A stretch of 37,168 nucleotides of DNA from Myxococcales bacterium (GTDB lineage Bacteria; Myxococcota_A; UBA9042; JABWCM01; BTVJ01): positions 1-37,168 of the forward strand of contig BTVJ01000069.1 in the NCBI GenBank assembly GCA_045863395.1, read 5' to 3'. Under the pieces are notes generated by a model. The model did no database searches and was not told where the DNA came from. It saw only the letters and a program-made list of their open reading frames with translations. The position numbers were made by a program, and so were the translations under genes. Below, one piece after another: positions 18,579 to 26,704 of this stretch; the first letter of the stretch is position 1; the number at the start of each line of letters is the position of its first letter.

Positions 18579-20222
18579 ATGGGCGAGACCATCCCGTACC
18601 TGACCGCCACGTCACAGGCCCGCCGCAAGTACAAGCGGCCGGAAAGACTTCTGGACTCCCCCGACGCCATCGTCATCGGCTCGGGCATCGGCGGCCTCGG
18701 CATCGCGTCGCTCCTCGCCCAGCGCAAGGGCGCCAAGGTGCTGCTCCTCGAGGGCCAGCCGGTCCCCGGCGGCTGCACCCACGTCCACGAGGTGGACGGC
18801 TTCGAGTTCCCCTCGGGCGTCGACTCCATCGGTGACATGGACGCCTCGGTGGGCCGCGGCCTGTTCCGCCCCTCCATCGACTACATCACCGGCGGCAAGC
18901 TCCACTGGCAGAAGATGCCGGACGCCCACGAGATCTGCACCCTGGAGGACGACACCTACACCTGGTACTCGTCGCCGGAGAAGAACGTGGCGTGGGTCCG
19001 GGAGCGCTTCGGTCCCGAGGAAGCGCGCAAGGTGGAGCGCTACTACGATCTCGAAGAGAAGATCGAGGCGTCCGCCTGGGCCTGGACGGTCACAAAGCTC
19101 CTCCCCGACTGGGTTCCCCTGCGGCTGCGAGAGGGCTTCTACAACCTGTTCGGCGGCGCCTGGCGCAAGTACATGGGCCGCCCCACGGCGACGGTGCTGC
19201 GGGAGGAGCTGGGCTTCTCGGACAGGCTGGCGTCCGTGTTCTCGTACATGTACGGAAACCACGGAGCGACCCCCGCGGAGGCTCCGTTCGCCTTCCACGC
19301 CTGCAACCTCTTCCACTACCGCTACGGGGCCTACTACCCGGTGGGCGGGCCCGGGCAGATCGCCGAGTGCGTAGTGCCCATCGTGGAGGGCGTGGGCGGG
19401 CAGCTCGCCTGCTCGTCCCGGGTGCGGCAGATCCTGGTCGAGGGCAACGCCACCGTAGGCGTCGAGCTGGAGGACGGCACCCGCATTCGCTGCCCGCTCG
19501 TGATCAGCGATGCGTCCGCCTACACCACCTTCATGGAGCTGCTGCCCCGGGACGTGTCGGAGGAGCACGGTTACCCAGAGAAGTTCACGCGAATCGGCCC
19601 GAGCGTCGCCCACCTCTACCTGGTCGCCGGCTACCGGGAGGACATCGACCTGCCCAAGCACATCGTTTGGGACCTGCCGTCCTACGACATCGACACGGCG
19701 GACGCGAAGTACAAGCAGGAGCGCGACTTCGAGAACATGGGCTGCTACCTGCTCGCCCCGTCCGCGCGGGACCCGGTGCACGCCGAGCGGTACCCGGGCA
19801 CGTCCACGGTGGTGGTCCTCGCCGAGGCCCCCTATGCGTGGATCGAGCGCTGCCAGAAAGACCCCGCGTGGAAGGCCCGGTTCGAGGCGGACCTGGAGGA
19901 CCGGCTCTTCCGCGCCGTGTACCGCCACTTCCCCATGCTCAAGGACCGCACGCCCGCCTTCAAGCGCACCGGCGTCCCCATGGGCTGCAACCCGTACGCG
20001 TGGCAGGGGTGCTCCCTCGGCCTGGAGCCGAGCGGCCCGCGCTTCGTGGAACACACCCACTGGCTGCGCCCCCGTACCGCGGTCAAGGGGCTGTGGCTCA
20101 CCGGCCAGGACGGCTTCTCGGCGGGCTTCGCGGGCTCCATGCTCGGCTCCCGGGTCACCTACACCGCGTTGACAGGTAACTGGCCGTTCCTGCTGAAGAA
20201 GTCCATCAGCTCCTTCCCCTGA
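18579..20222 (+). CDS. FAD-dependent oxidoreductase, phytoene desaturase/retinol saturase family
   Basis: AGGAG RBS, DAIVIGSGIGGLG Rossmann motif, GGCTH, GAYYPVGG and C-terminal LRPRTAVKGLWLTGQD. Confidence 0.85.
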   Translation: MGETIPYLTATSQARRKYKRPERLLDSPDAIVIGSGIGGLGIASLLAQRKGAKVLLLEGQPVPGGCTHVHEVDGFEFPSGVDSIGDMDASVGRGLFRPSIDYITGGKLHWQKMPDAHEICTLEDDTYTWYSSPEKNVAWVRERFGPEEARKVERYYDLEEKIEASAWAWTVTKLLPDWVPLRLREGFYNLFGGAWRKYMGRPTATVLREELGFSDRLASVFSYMYGNHGATPAEAPFAFHACNLFHYRYGAYYPVGGPGQIAECVVPIVEGVGGQLACSSRVRQILVEGNATVGVELEDGTRIRCPLVISDASAYTTFMELLPRDVSEEHGYPEKFTRIGPSVAHLYLVAGYREDIDLPKHIVWDLPSYDIDTADAKYKQERDFENMGCYLLAPSARDPVHAERYPGTSTVVVLAEAPYAWIERCQKDPAWKARFEADLEDRLFRAVYRHFPMLKDRTPAFKRTGVPMGCNPYAWQGCSLGLEPSGPRFVEHTHWLRPRTAVKGLWLTGQDGFSAGFAGSMLGSRVTYTALTGNWPFLLKKSISSFP

Positions 20223-20342
20223 GCGGTTACCGCACAGCACTGACGCTGGCTCACCTCAGCCTTCGGGTTACATCTCCCCAAAAATCAGGGCTCTTGCTCG
20301 GAGTCCCATGTGCCGAAACGGGGGGGCCGGAGAGGTGAGCCC

Positions 20343-22025
20343 ATGGTGGTAGGGTCTGTTCAATTCGGGACCTTTCACGTTCGGACGCCGAGCCCCGTCG
20401 TGGGGCCGCTCAGGCAGGGCCTGCCCGACCTCGCAGCCTCCTTCGGGAGTGGCGGCGACCTGCGGGCGGCGCTGCGGTCGGTGGTTCGCGTGGAGCGCGC
20501 CCTGGAGACGCTCCGCTCGCTGCTCGACGGGAGCTCCCGCCGCTCCGTCCCGGGCTCTGCTGCCCAGGTGGCGTCGAGTGGCGGTCTCTTTCTCGACGCG
20601 TCCGCCACGGCGGCGACCGTGCGATCCACGGACGAGATCAACCGGGTCCCCACCTCGTTCTCACCGCGACAGCCCACCTGGACCTCCACGTCCACGGCGG
20701 CGCCCTTGATCGGCGGCGTCTACACGGGCACCAGCCAGACCTGGTCGTTCAGGGCGCGCCCCACGGGCCCCGGGGTCAGCGCCATCGTGGGCACGGACCC
20801 CTTCACCCTCGAGATGATCGATGGCGGGGGCACCGTCCGGCAGACCCTGACCCTGAACAACTCCTACACTCCGGGCACAGCCCTCAGCCTGAGCAACGGG
20901 CTGACCGTGTCCCTCGGAGCGGGCCAGATCCGGCGCAACGACACGTTCTCCGTCGCCACGTCCGCGACGGTGGGCAGCGCCGTGGACCCGACCAAGCGCT
21001 TCAACGGCACCGGGAACGCCGCGCCGGGCTTCGAGGACGGCGTCACCGTCGGCGACGGGGCACTCTCGATCAACGGCACGTCCATCGACGTGTTCGCCAG
21101 CGACACGCTCAACGGCGTATTGTCGCGGATCACGGCCTCGTCGGCCGGCGTGACGGCGACCTTCGACGCGGCCGCCGAGCGCGTCGTCTTGACCCAGAAG
21201 TCCCTCGGCGCGACACCGACCATCGCGCTCGGCGCTGACTCGTCTGGTCTCCTCGCCGCCGTCCGGCTCCAGGGGGCGGCGGTCACCCCAGGGACCAACG
21301 GCGGCTTCCCGGAGCCCATGGGGCTGAACTCCCGGTTCTCTGGGGTCTCGGCGGGCACGCTGAGCATCAATGGCGTGGGGATCGCCTTCGACCCCGCTGT
21401 GGACTCCCTGGAGCAGCTCCTCGGGCGCATCAACGGGTCAGGAGCTGGGGTAACCGCGAGCTTCACCGGCGACCGGGTCCGCATCGCCAACGGCTCGCCG
21501 GAGGGGCCGCTGACGCTCTCCGACGGTGGCGCGGGGCTGCTGCCCGCCCTCGGCCTGGTGGCGGGCACGACGGAGGCCACGCCGGGAGTCGAGGGGGGCG
21601 GGATGTCCGGTGGCCGGGCCCGGAGGATCGCCACCGCGATGGGGGACCTCGCCAAGGCCGTCAACGCGCTGTTCGATGATCGTGCCTTCGAGGGGAGCGC
21701 GCCGTCTCGCCTGCGGACGCTGCGGTCCAGCCTGCAGACAGGCGTCCTCAAGGCCTTCGACACCGAGCACGCGCGGGTGCGCACCGCGTGGGGGCTGACC
21801 CTCGACTTTCGCGGGGAGGGGAAGGTGATGCCGTTCTCGCGTGAGGACGAGGAGCGCCTGATGGACGCGCTGCGCCGAGGGGATCGCGGCCTCGTTCACA
21901 CACTCGGAGACGGTGGAGACCGCCCAAGCCTCGGCGACTCCATGGCATCCCTGCTCGCCGCCGCCCGCAAGAGCCTCGCGACCGACACGGGGAGCACGGG
22001 GACCTTCTTCAGCGGAGTCGCGTGA
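20343..22025 (+). CDS. Flagellin hook IN motif-containing, FliD (filament cap)-like protein
   Basis: Two IN motifs (LSINGTSIDV..DTLNGVLSRITASSAGVTATFD; LSINGVGIAFD..DSLEQLLGRINGSGAGVTASF) and a helical C-terminus reminiscent of FliD_C. No Sec signal. GAGGTG before ATG 20343. Confidence 0.6.
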   Translation: MVVGSVQFGTFHVRTPSPVVGPLRQGLPDLAASFGSGGDLRAALRSVVRVERALETLRSLLDGSSRRSVPGSAAQVASSGGLFLDASATAATVRSTDEINRVPTSFSPRQPTWTSTSTAAPLIGGVYTGTSQTWSFRARPTGPGVSAIVGTDPFTLEMIDGGGTVRQTLTLNNSYTPGTALSLSNGLTVSLGAGQIRRNDTFSVATSATVGSAVDPTKRFNGTGNAAPGFEDGVTVGDGALSINGTSIDVFASDTLNGVLSRITASSAGVTATFDAAAERVVLTQKSLGATPTIALGADSSGLLAAVRLQGAAVTPGTNGGFPEPMGLNSRFSGVSAGTLSINGVGIAFDPAVDSLEQLLGRINGSGAGVTASFTGDRVRIANGSPEGPLTLSDGGAGLLPALGLVAGTTEATPGVEGGGMSGGRARRIATAMGDLAKAVNALFDDRAFEGSAPSRLRTLRSSLQTGVLKAFDTEHARVRTAWGLTLDFRGEGKVMPFSREDEERLMDALRRGDRGLVHTLGDGGDRPSLGDSMASLLAAARKSLATDTGSTGTFFSGVA

Positions 22026-22071
22026 GCCGGTGTCGTCCCCGACGGCGGCGCGGGAGACCTGTGTGACCCCA

Positions 22072-22097
22072 TCGTAACCGCGCGGATGCGGTTACGA
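22072..22097. other. Perfect 10-bp inverted repeat (terminator-like hairpin or operator)
   Basis: TCGTAACCGC-gcggat-GCGGTTACGA, between the FliD-like and fibre genes; no U-tract. Confidence 0.5.
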
Positions 22098-22291
22098 CGA
22101 GGGCTCCGCAGACGCCTTTACGCTGTCGTGAGTGAGAGGTAGCGTGGGGCTGTGGATTCGAGCTGGGTCGCAACCTGGACATGGTTCGGGTGTGGCCACG
22201 GTCCGCCTGCGTAATTCGGGGCCAGGACGGCTGAGCCCCTTCTCCACCAATGGCTTGGACGGGTCGCCCACGGCGGGCGGCGGGAGCACCG

Positions 22292-25200
22292 ATGGACACC
22301 GGTCGGAGCAGACACCTGAACCACCTTGCAGCGGCGCTCGTCGTTCTCCTGGCCTCGGCGTCGGCCCAAGCGGACGTGGATCGCAAGGTCAACATCCAGG
22401 GGGCCGTGTATACGACCGCCGGGACCCCCGCCAACGGGGTCTACAACCTGGACTTCCGGGTGTTCTCGCAGGCGAGCGGGGGGAGCCCGCTCTGGAACCA
22501 GTCCGTCGCTGGCGTCACGGTGAGCGCCGGCGTCTTCGACGTGGTGCTCGGGCCCATCCCCGACGGCCTCCTGGAGAGCAACGGCGCGCTGTGGCTGGAG
22601 ACCAACGTGGAGGGGACGACGCTGCCCCGCCAGCCGCTGCGCGCCGTCCCCTACGCGCTCGTGTCGCAGTCGGCCAACGTGGCCCTCGACCTCCAGTGCA
22701 GCGGGTGTGTTGGGGGCGCCGACATCGCCGATGGTGCGGTCGGTCCTGCGAAGCTGAGCAGCGGCACCTACGGGATCAACATCTCGGGTAACGCCGCGAC
22801 GGCGACGACGGCGACCAGCGCGGCGACGGCGGCGGCCTTCACGGGCGCCCTCGCCGGCGACGTGACCGGGACCCAGGGGAGCACGGTCGTCGGCAGGATC
22901 CGGGGCGTCAACGTCGCGCCGGCCGTGCCCACCGACGGCCAGGTGCTCAAGTACAACGCCGCGCAGACCCGCTGGGAGCCCGCGACGGCGCCCGCGGTGA
23001 CCAGCGTCGGGACGGGGGCGGGCCTGACCGGCGGCCCGATCACCAGCACGGGGACCATCGACCTGCGGCTGAACACGGCGGGCGGGCTGAGCAAGGCACA
23101 GGGGACGGGGAGCAACGAGCTCGGCATCGCGCCTGCGGGGGTCGTCCCTTCCATGGTGGCGTCGGGGACCTACGGCATCAACGTGTCGGGCAACGCGGCC
23201 ACCGCGACCACGGCGACCAGCTTCAGCGGGGCCCTGGCGGGTGACGTGACCGGCACCCAGGGGGCGACGGCCGTGACGAAGATCCGGGGCGTGGCGGTGT
23301 CGACCACGGCCCCGGCGGCCAACGAGGTGCTGAAGTACAACGCGGTGACGGGGCAGTGGGGGCCCGCGACGGACAGCGCCGGGACGGGCACCGTGTCGTC
23401 GGTGGGGACGGGCAAGGGCCTGACCGGTGGGCCCATCACCACGGCGGGGACCATCGGGCTGCGGCTGTCGTCGGGCGGCGGCCTCTCGGACAGCCTCGGG
23501 GCGGGTACGAACGAGCTGGGCATCGCGGCGGGAGGCGTCGTGCCCGCCATGGTGTCGGCCGGCACCTACGGCATCGGAATCTCGGGCAACGCGGCGACGG
23601 CGACCACCGCGACGACCGCGGGCGGCTTCACCGGGTCCTTGAGCGGTGACGTGACCGGGACGCAGGGCGCTACGAAGGTGGCCAAGATCCAGGGGGTCGG
23701 CGTGGCGACGACCGCGCCGAGCAATGGCCAGGTGCTCAAGTACAGCTCCACGTCCGGGACCTGGGAGCCGGGGACGGACGCCAACGGCCTCGGCGGGACC
23801 GTGTCGTCGGTGAACACGGGCGCTGGCCTGACGGGTGGGCCCATCACCAGCAGCGGCACCGTCGATCTGCGGTTGAGCAGCGCCGGCGGGCTGACCAAGG
23901 CCCTCGGGACGGGGACCAACGAGCTGGGCATCGCCGCGGGCGGGGTCGTCCCGACGATGGTGGCGAGCGGGACCTACGGCATCAACATCTCGGGGAGCGC
24001 GGCGTCGGCCACGACCGCCACGAGCGCGACCAGCGCGACGAGCTTCACGGGCGCCCTGAACGGGGACGTGACGGGCAACCAGGCGACGACAAAGGTCGTG
24101 AAGATCCAGGGGGTTGGGGTCGCAGTGACGGCGCCGAGCAACGGCCAGGTGCTCAAGTACAACTCGACGAGCGGCACCTGGGCGCCCGCGGCGGACAACG
24201 CGGGGGCAGGCGGCACGGTGACCTCGGTCAACACCGGGGCGGGACTGGTCGGCGGGGCCATCACCACGACCGGGACCATCGACCTGCGGCTCAACGCCAC
24301 GGGCGGTCTGAGCAAGACCCTGGGGACGGGCACCAACGAGCTGGGCATCGCGGCGGGCGGAGTCGTACCCACCATGGTGTCGAGCGGCACCTACGGCATC
24401 AACATCTCGGGGAACGCCGCGACTGCCACGTCGGCGACCAGCGCGACGACCGCGACCAGCGCGACCACCGCCGGGAGCTTCACGGGCGCCCTCAACGGCG
24501 ACGTCACCGGCAACCAGACCACCACCAAGGTGGTGAAGATCCAGAGTGTCGGGGTCGCCACGACGGCTCCCACGAGCGGGCAGGTGCTCAAGTACAACGG
24601 GACCCTGTGGGCGCCGTCGACCGACGTCTCCAGCGGCGGCACCGTCACCAGCGTGGCAACCGGGCAGGGCCTGACCGGGGGGACGATCACCACCAGCGGC
24701 ACCGTCAACCTGCTGCTGAATACGAGCGGCGGCCTGTCGAAGACCCTGGGGACGGGGACCAACGAGCTCGGCATCGCGTCGGGGGGCATCGTCCCGGCGA
24801 TGGTCTCCAACTCCACCTACGGCATCAGCATCTCGGGCAACGCGGCGACGGCGACCAGCGCCACGAGCGCGACGAACGCGACCAACTTCACCGGCGCGCT
24901 CAACGGCGACGTGACCGGCAACCAGACCACGACGAAGGTGGCGAAGATCCAGGGCTACGGGGTGGCGACGACCGCGCCGGCCAACAACCAGGTGCTCAAG
25001 TACAACACCACCACCGGGCTGTGGACGCCGTCGGCGGACGCCACCGGCGGCTCCGTGACCAGCGTGGCGACGGGCAACGGCCTCATGGGCGGCACCATCA
25101 CGACCACGGGCACCATCGATCTGCGCCTCCAGACGGGCGGTGGGCTCTCCAAGACGCTCGGGGCGGGGAACGAGCTGGGCATCGCCGCGAGCGGCGTCGT

Positions 25201-26611
25201 GCCGGCCATGGTTGCTGCGGGCACCTACGGGATCAGCATCTCGGGCAACGCGGCCACCGCCACGTCGGCGACCAGCGCCTCGACTGCCACGACCGCGACC
25301 AACTTCTCCGGGGCCCTCAACGGCGACGTCACTGGCAACCAGACGACGACCAAGGTTGCGAAGATCCAGGGGTATCCGGTGGTTACGACGGCCCCGACGA
25401 GCGGCCAGGTGCTCAAGTACAACGGGTCGTCGTGGGCCCCGGCCGCGGACGCGACGGGCACGGGCGTGACGTCCGTCACGGCGAGCGCGCCCCTCGCGTC
25501 GTCGGGCGGCACGGCGCCCAACATCACGCTGAGCGGCATCGTCCCCATCGCCAGTGGTGGCACGGGCATCACGTCGGGCCCGAGCGCCGCGGGGCAGTTC
25601 CTGCGGAGCACGGGGAGCGGCGCGTGGGGTGTCTCTGGGCTGGCGGCTGGCGACCTGCCGGGCGGCAGCGGCAGCTACATCAACAACACCACGAGCGCCC
25701 AGTCGGCGAACTTCAACATCACCGGCACCGGCACCATCGGCACCCTCGTGGTGGGCGGCGGCGCGACCGTCTCTGGCAGCCTCTCGGCGCGCGGCGGCGT
25801 GACCAACGACCAGGGGACGCTGACCGTCAATGGCAGCAACGGTCACACGACCTTCGGAAACTACCTGCTCGGCAACTCCAAGTACGTGGTGGACGCCACC
25901 GACTCGTGGCTACGCCTCAACCAGCAGGGTTCGTTTGGGAGCGGCACCTATACGCCCTACTTCTTCCGGGCGGACGGCGGCATCGCGTCCGGCGGCGTCG
26001 GGAGCCTCGGTTCGGGCACCATCAACGCGACGGGGATCATCAAGATCGGGACCACCGGCTCCGCGTGCAACTCGGGCCTCGCGGGCGCCATGCGCTTCAA
26101 CGGGACGAAGTTCGAGGGGTGCACCGGGTCGGCGTGGGTGCAGCTCGACAACGTGGGCGGCGGTTCGGGTGGATCCTGCACTCCTTCCGGCGCGCGACAG
26201 GCGTTCAACACGCTGACGCAGGACAGCGCGACCGGGTGTTGGAGCGCCAACGTGTGCGCCATGGACCAGTACACGTGGAACGGGACGGGGCAGAACTTCG
26301 AGGGGGTGGGCCAGTCCATCACGTGCGGCGGAACCACGGCGTGCGTCGGCAACGTGGGCATCACCACCTACGGGGACACCTGGGCCTGCACTGGCCAGTG
26401 GAACGTGTACTGCGACGGCAACGTGGTGGGGATGATCGACACCCTCGGCAAGCCGTGCGCCGGCTCGGCCATGACCAACGGTTGCAAGATCTCGTTCACC
26501 CCCAGGACCTGCTCGTCCATCAGGCTCGCGGCGGCGAGCACGGCCGGGGCGACCGCGTGCTGCTCGTGGAACGCCCCCGACTCCATGATCACGGCGGTCA
26601 GCGCGTGGTAG
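22292..26611 (+). CDS. Secreted phage-tail-fibre-like (Bdellovibrio MAT-like) adhesin with ~136-aa shaft repeats and a Cys-rich C-terminal tip
   Basis: GGGAG RBS and signal peptide ending ASAQA. N-domain IQG...F.VF....GG..LW...GVFDVVLG...LWLE...RQPLRAVPYA. Repeats containing GDVTG, GQVLKYN..W.PA and VTSV.TG.GLTGG.IT..GTI. Confidence 0.75.
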   Translation: MDTGRSRHLNHLAAALVVLLASASAQADVDRKVNIQGAVYTTAGTPANGVYNLDFRVFSQASGGSPLWNQSVAGVTVSAGVFDVVLGPIPDGLLESNGALWLETNVEGTTLPRQPLRAVPYALVSQSANVALDLQCSGCVGGADIADGAVGPAKLSSGTYGINISGNAATATTATSAATAAAFTGALAGDVTGTQGSTVVGRIRGVNVAPAVPTDGQVLKYNAAQTRWEPATAPAVTSVGTGAGLTGGPITSTGTIDLRLNTAGGLSKAQGTGSNELGIAPAGVVPSMVASGTYGINVSGNAATATTATSFSGALAGDVTGTQGATAVTKIRGVAVSTTAPAANEVLKYNAVTGQWGPATDSAGTGTVSSVGTGKGLTGGPITTAGTIGLRLSSGGGLSDSLGAGTNELGIAAGGVVPAMVSAGTYGIGISGNAATATTATTAGGFTGSLSGDVTGTQGATKVAKIQGVGVATTAPSNGQVLKYSSTSGTWEPGTDANGLGGTVSSVNTGAGLTGGPITSSGTVDLRLSSAGGLTKALGTGTNELGIAAGGVVPTMVASGTYGINISGSAASATTATSATSATSFTGALNGDVTGNQATTKVVKIQGVGVAVTAPSNGQVLKYNSTSGTWAPAADNAGAGGTVTSVNTGAGLVGGAITTTGTIDLRLNATGGLSKTLGTGTNELGIAAGGVVPTMVSSGTYGINISGNAATATSATSATTATSATTAGSFTGALNGDVTGNQTTTKVVKIQSVGVATTAPTSGQVLKYNGTLWAPSTDVSSGGTVTSVATGQGLTGGTITTSGTVNLLLNTSGGLSKTLGTGTNELGIASGGIVPAMVSNSTYGISISGNAATATSATSATNATNFTGALNGDVTGNQTTTKVAKIQGYGVATTAPANNQVLKYNTTTGLWTPSADATGGSVTSVATGNGLMGGTITTTGTIDLRLQTGGGLSKTLGAGNELGIAASGVVPAMVAAGTYGISISGNAATATSATSASTATTATNFSGALNGDVTGNQTTTKVAKIQGYPVVTTAPTSGQVLKYNGSSWAPAADATGTGVTSVTASAPLASSGGTAPNITLSGIVPIASGGTGITSGPSAAGQFLRSTGSGAWGVSGLAAGDLPGGSGSYINNTTSAQSANFNITGTGTIGTLVVGGGATVSGSLSARGGVTNDQGTLTVNGSNGHTTFGNYLLGNSKYVVDATDSWLRLNQQGSFGSGTYTPYFFRADGGIASGGVGSLGSGTINATGIIKIGTTGSACNSGLAGAMRFNGTKFEGCTGSAWVQLDNVGGGSGGSCTPSGARQAFNTLTQDSATGCWSANVCAMDQYTWNGTGQNFEGVGQSITCGGTTACVGNVGITTYGDTWACTGQWNVYCDGNVVGMIDTLGKPCAGSAMTNGCKISFTPRTCSSIRLAAASTAGATACCSWNAPDSMITAVSAW
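22763..25490 (+). repeat. Six complete and one partial intragenic tandem repeat of 396-426 nt
   Basis: (G/S)TYGI unit starts at 22763, 23165, 23561, 23969, 24386, 24812 and 25220, all in frame. Confidence 0.92.
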
Positions 26612-26704
26612 GACCGCACCCCTGTGTGGGGTCCGTGTTTCTCCCCCCGCTGCCGGACGTGGGCTCCCGCCGCACTCCCCTCACCGTAAACCTGGAGGTG
26701 CCTC

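Noticed and set aside
20285..20319. Complete sigma28 promoter for the FliD-like gene
   Set aside because: Only a -10-like GCCGAAAC is present, with no TAAA/TCAAG at the expected spacing.
22072..22097. Integron attC site
   Set aside because: Too short, does not fit RYYYAAC/GTTRRRY, and there is no integrase or cassette array.
22292..26611. Prophage remnant or diversity-generating retroelement target suggested by tail-fibre motifs
   Set aside because: The gene has a Sec signal peptide, and the window has no phage genes, integrase, reverse transcriptase or template/variable repeat pair.
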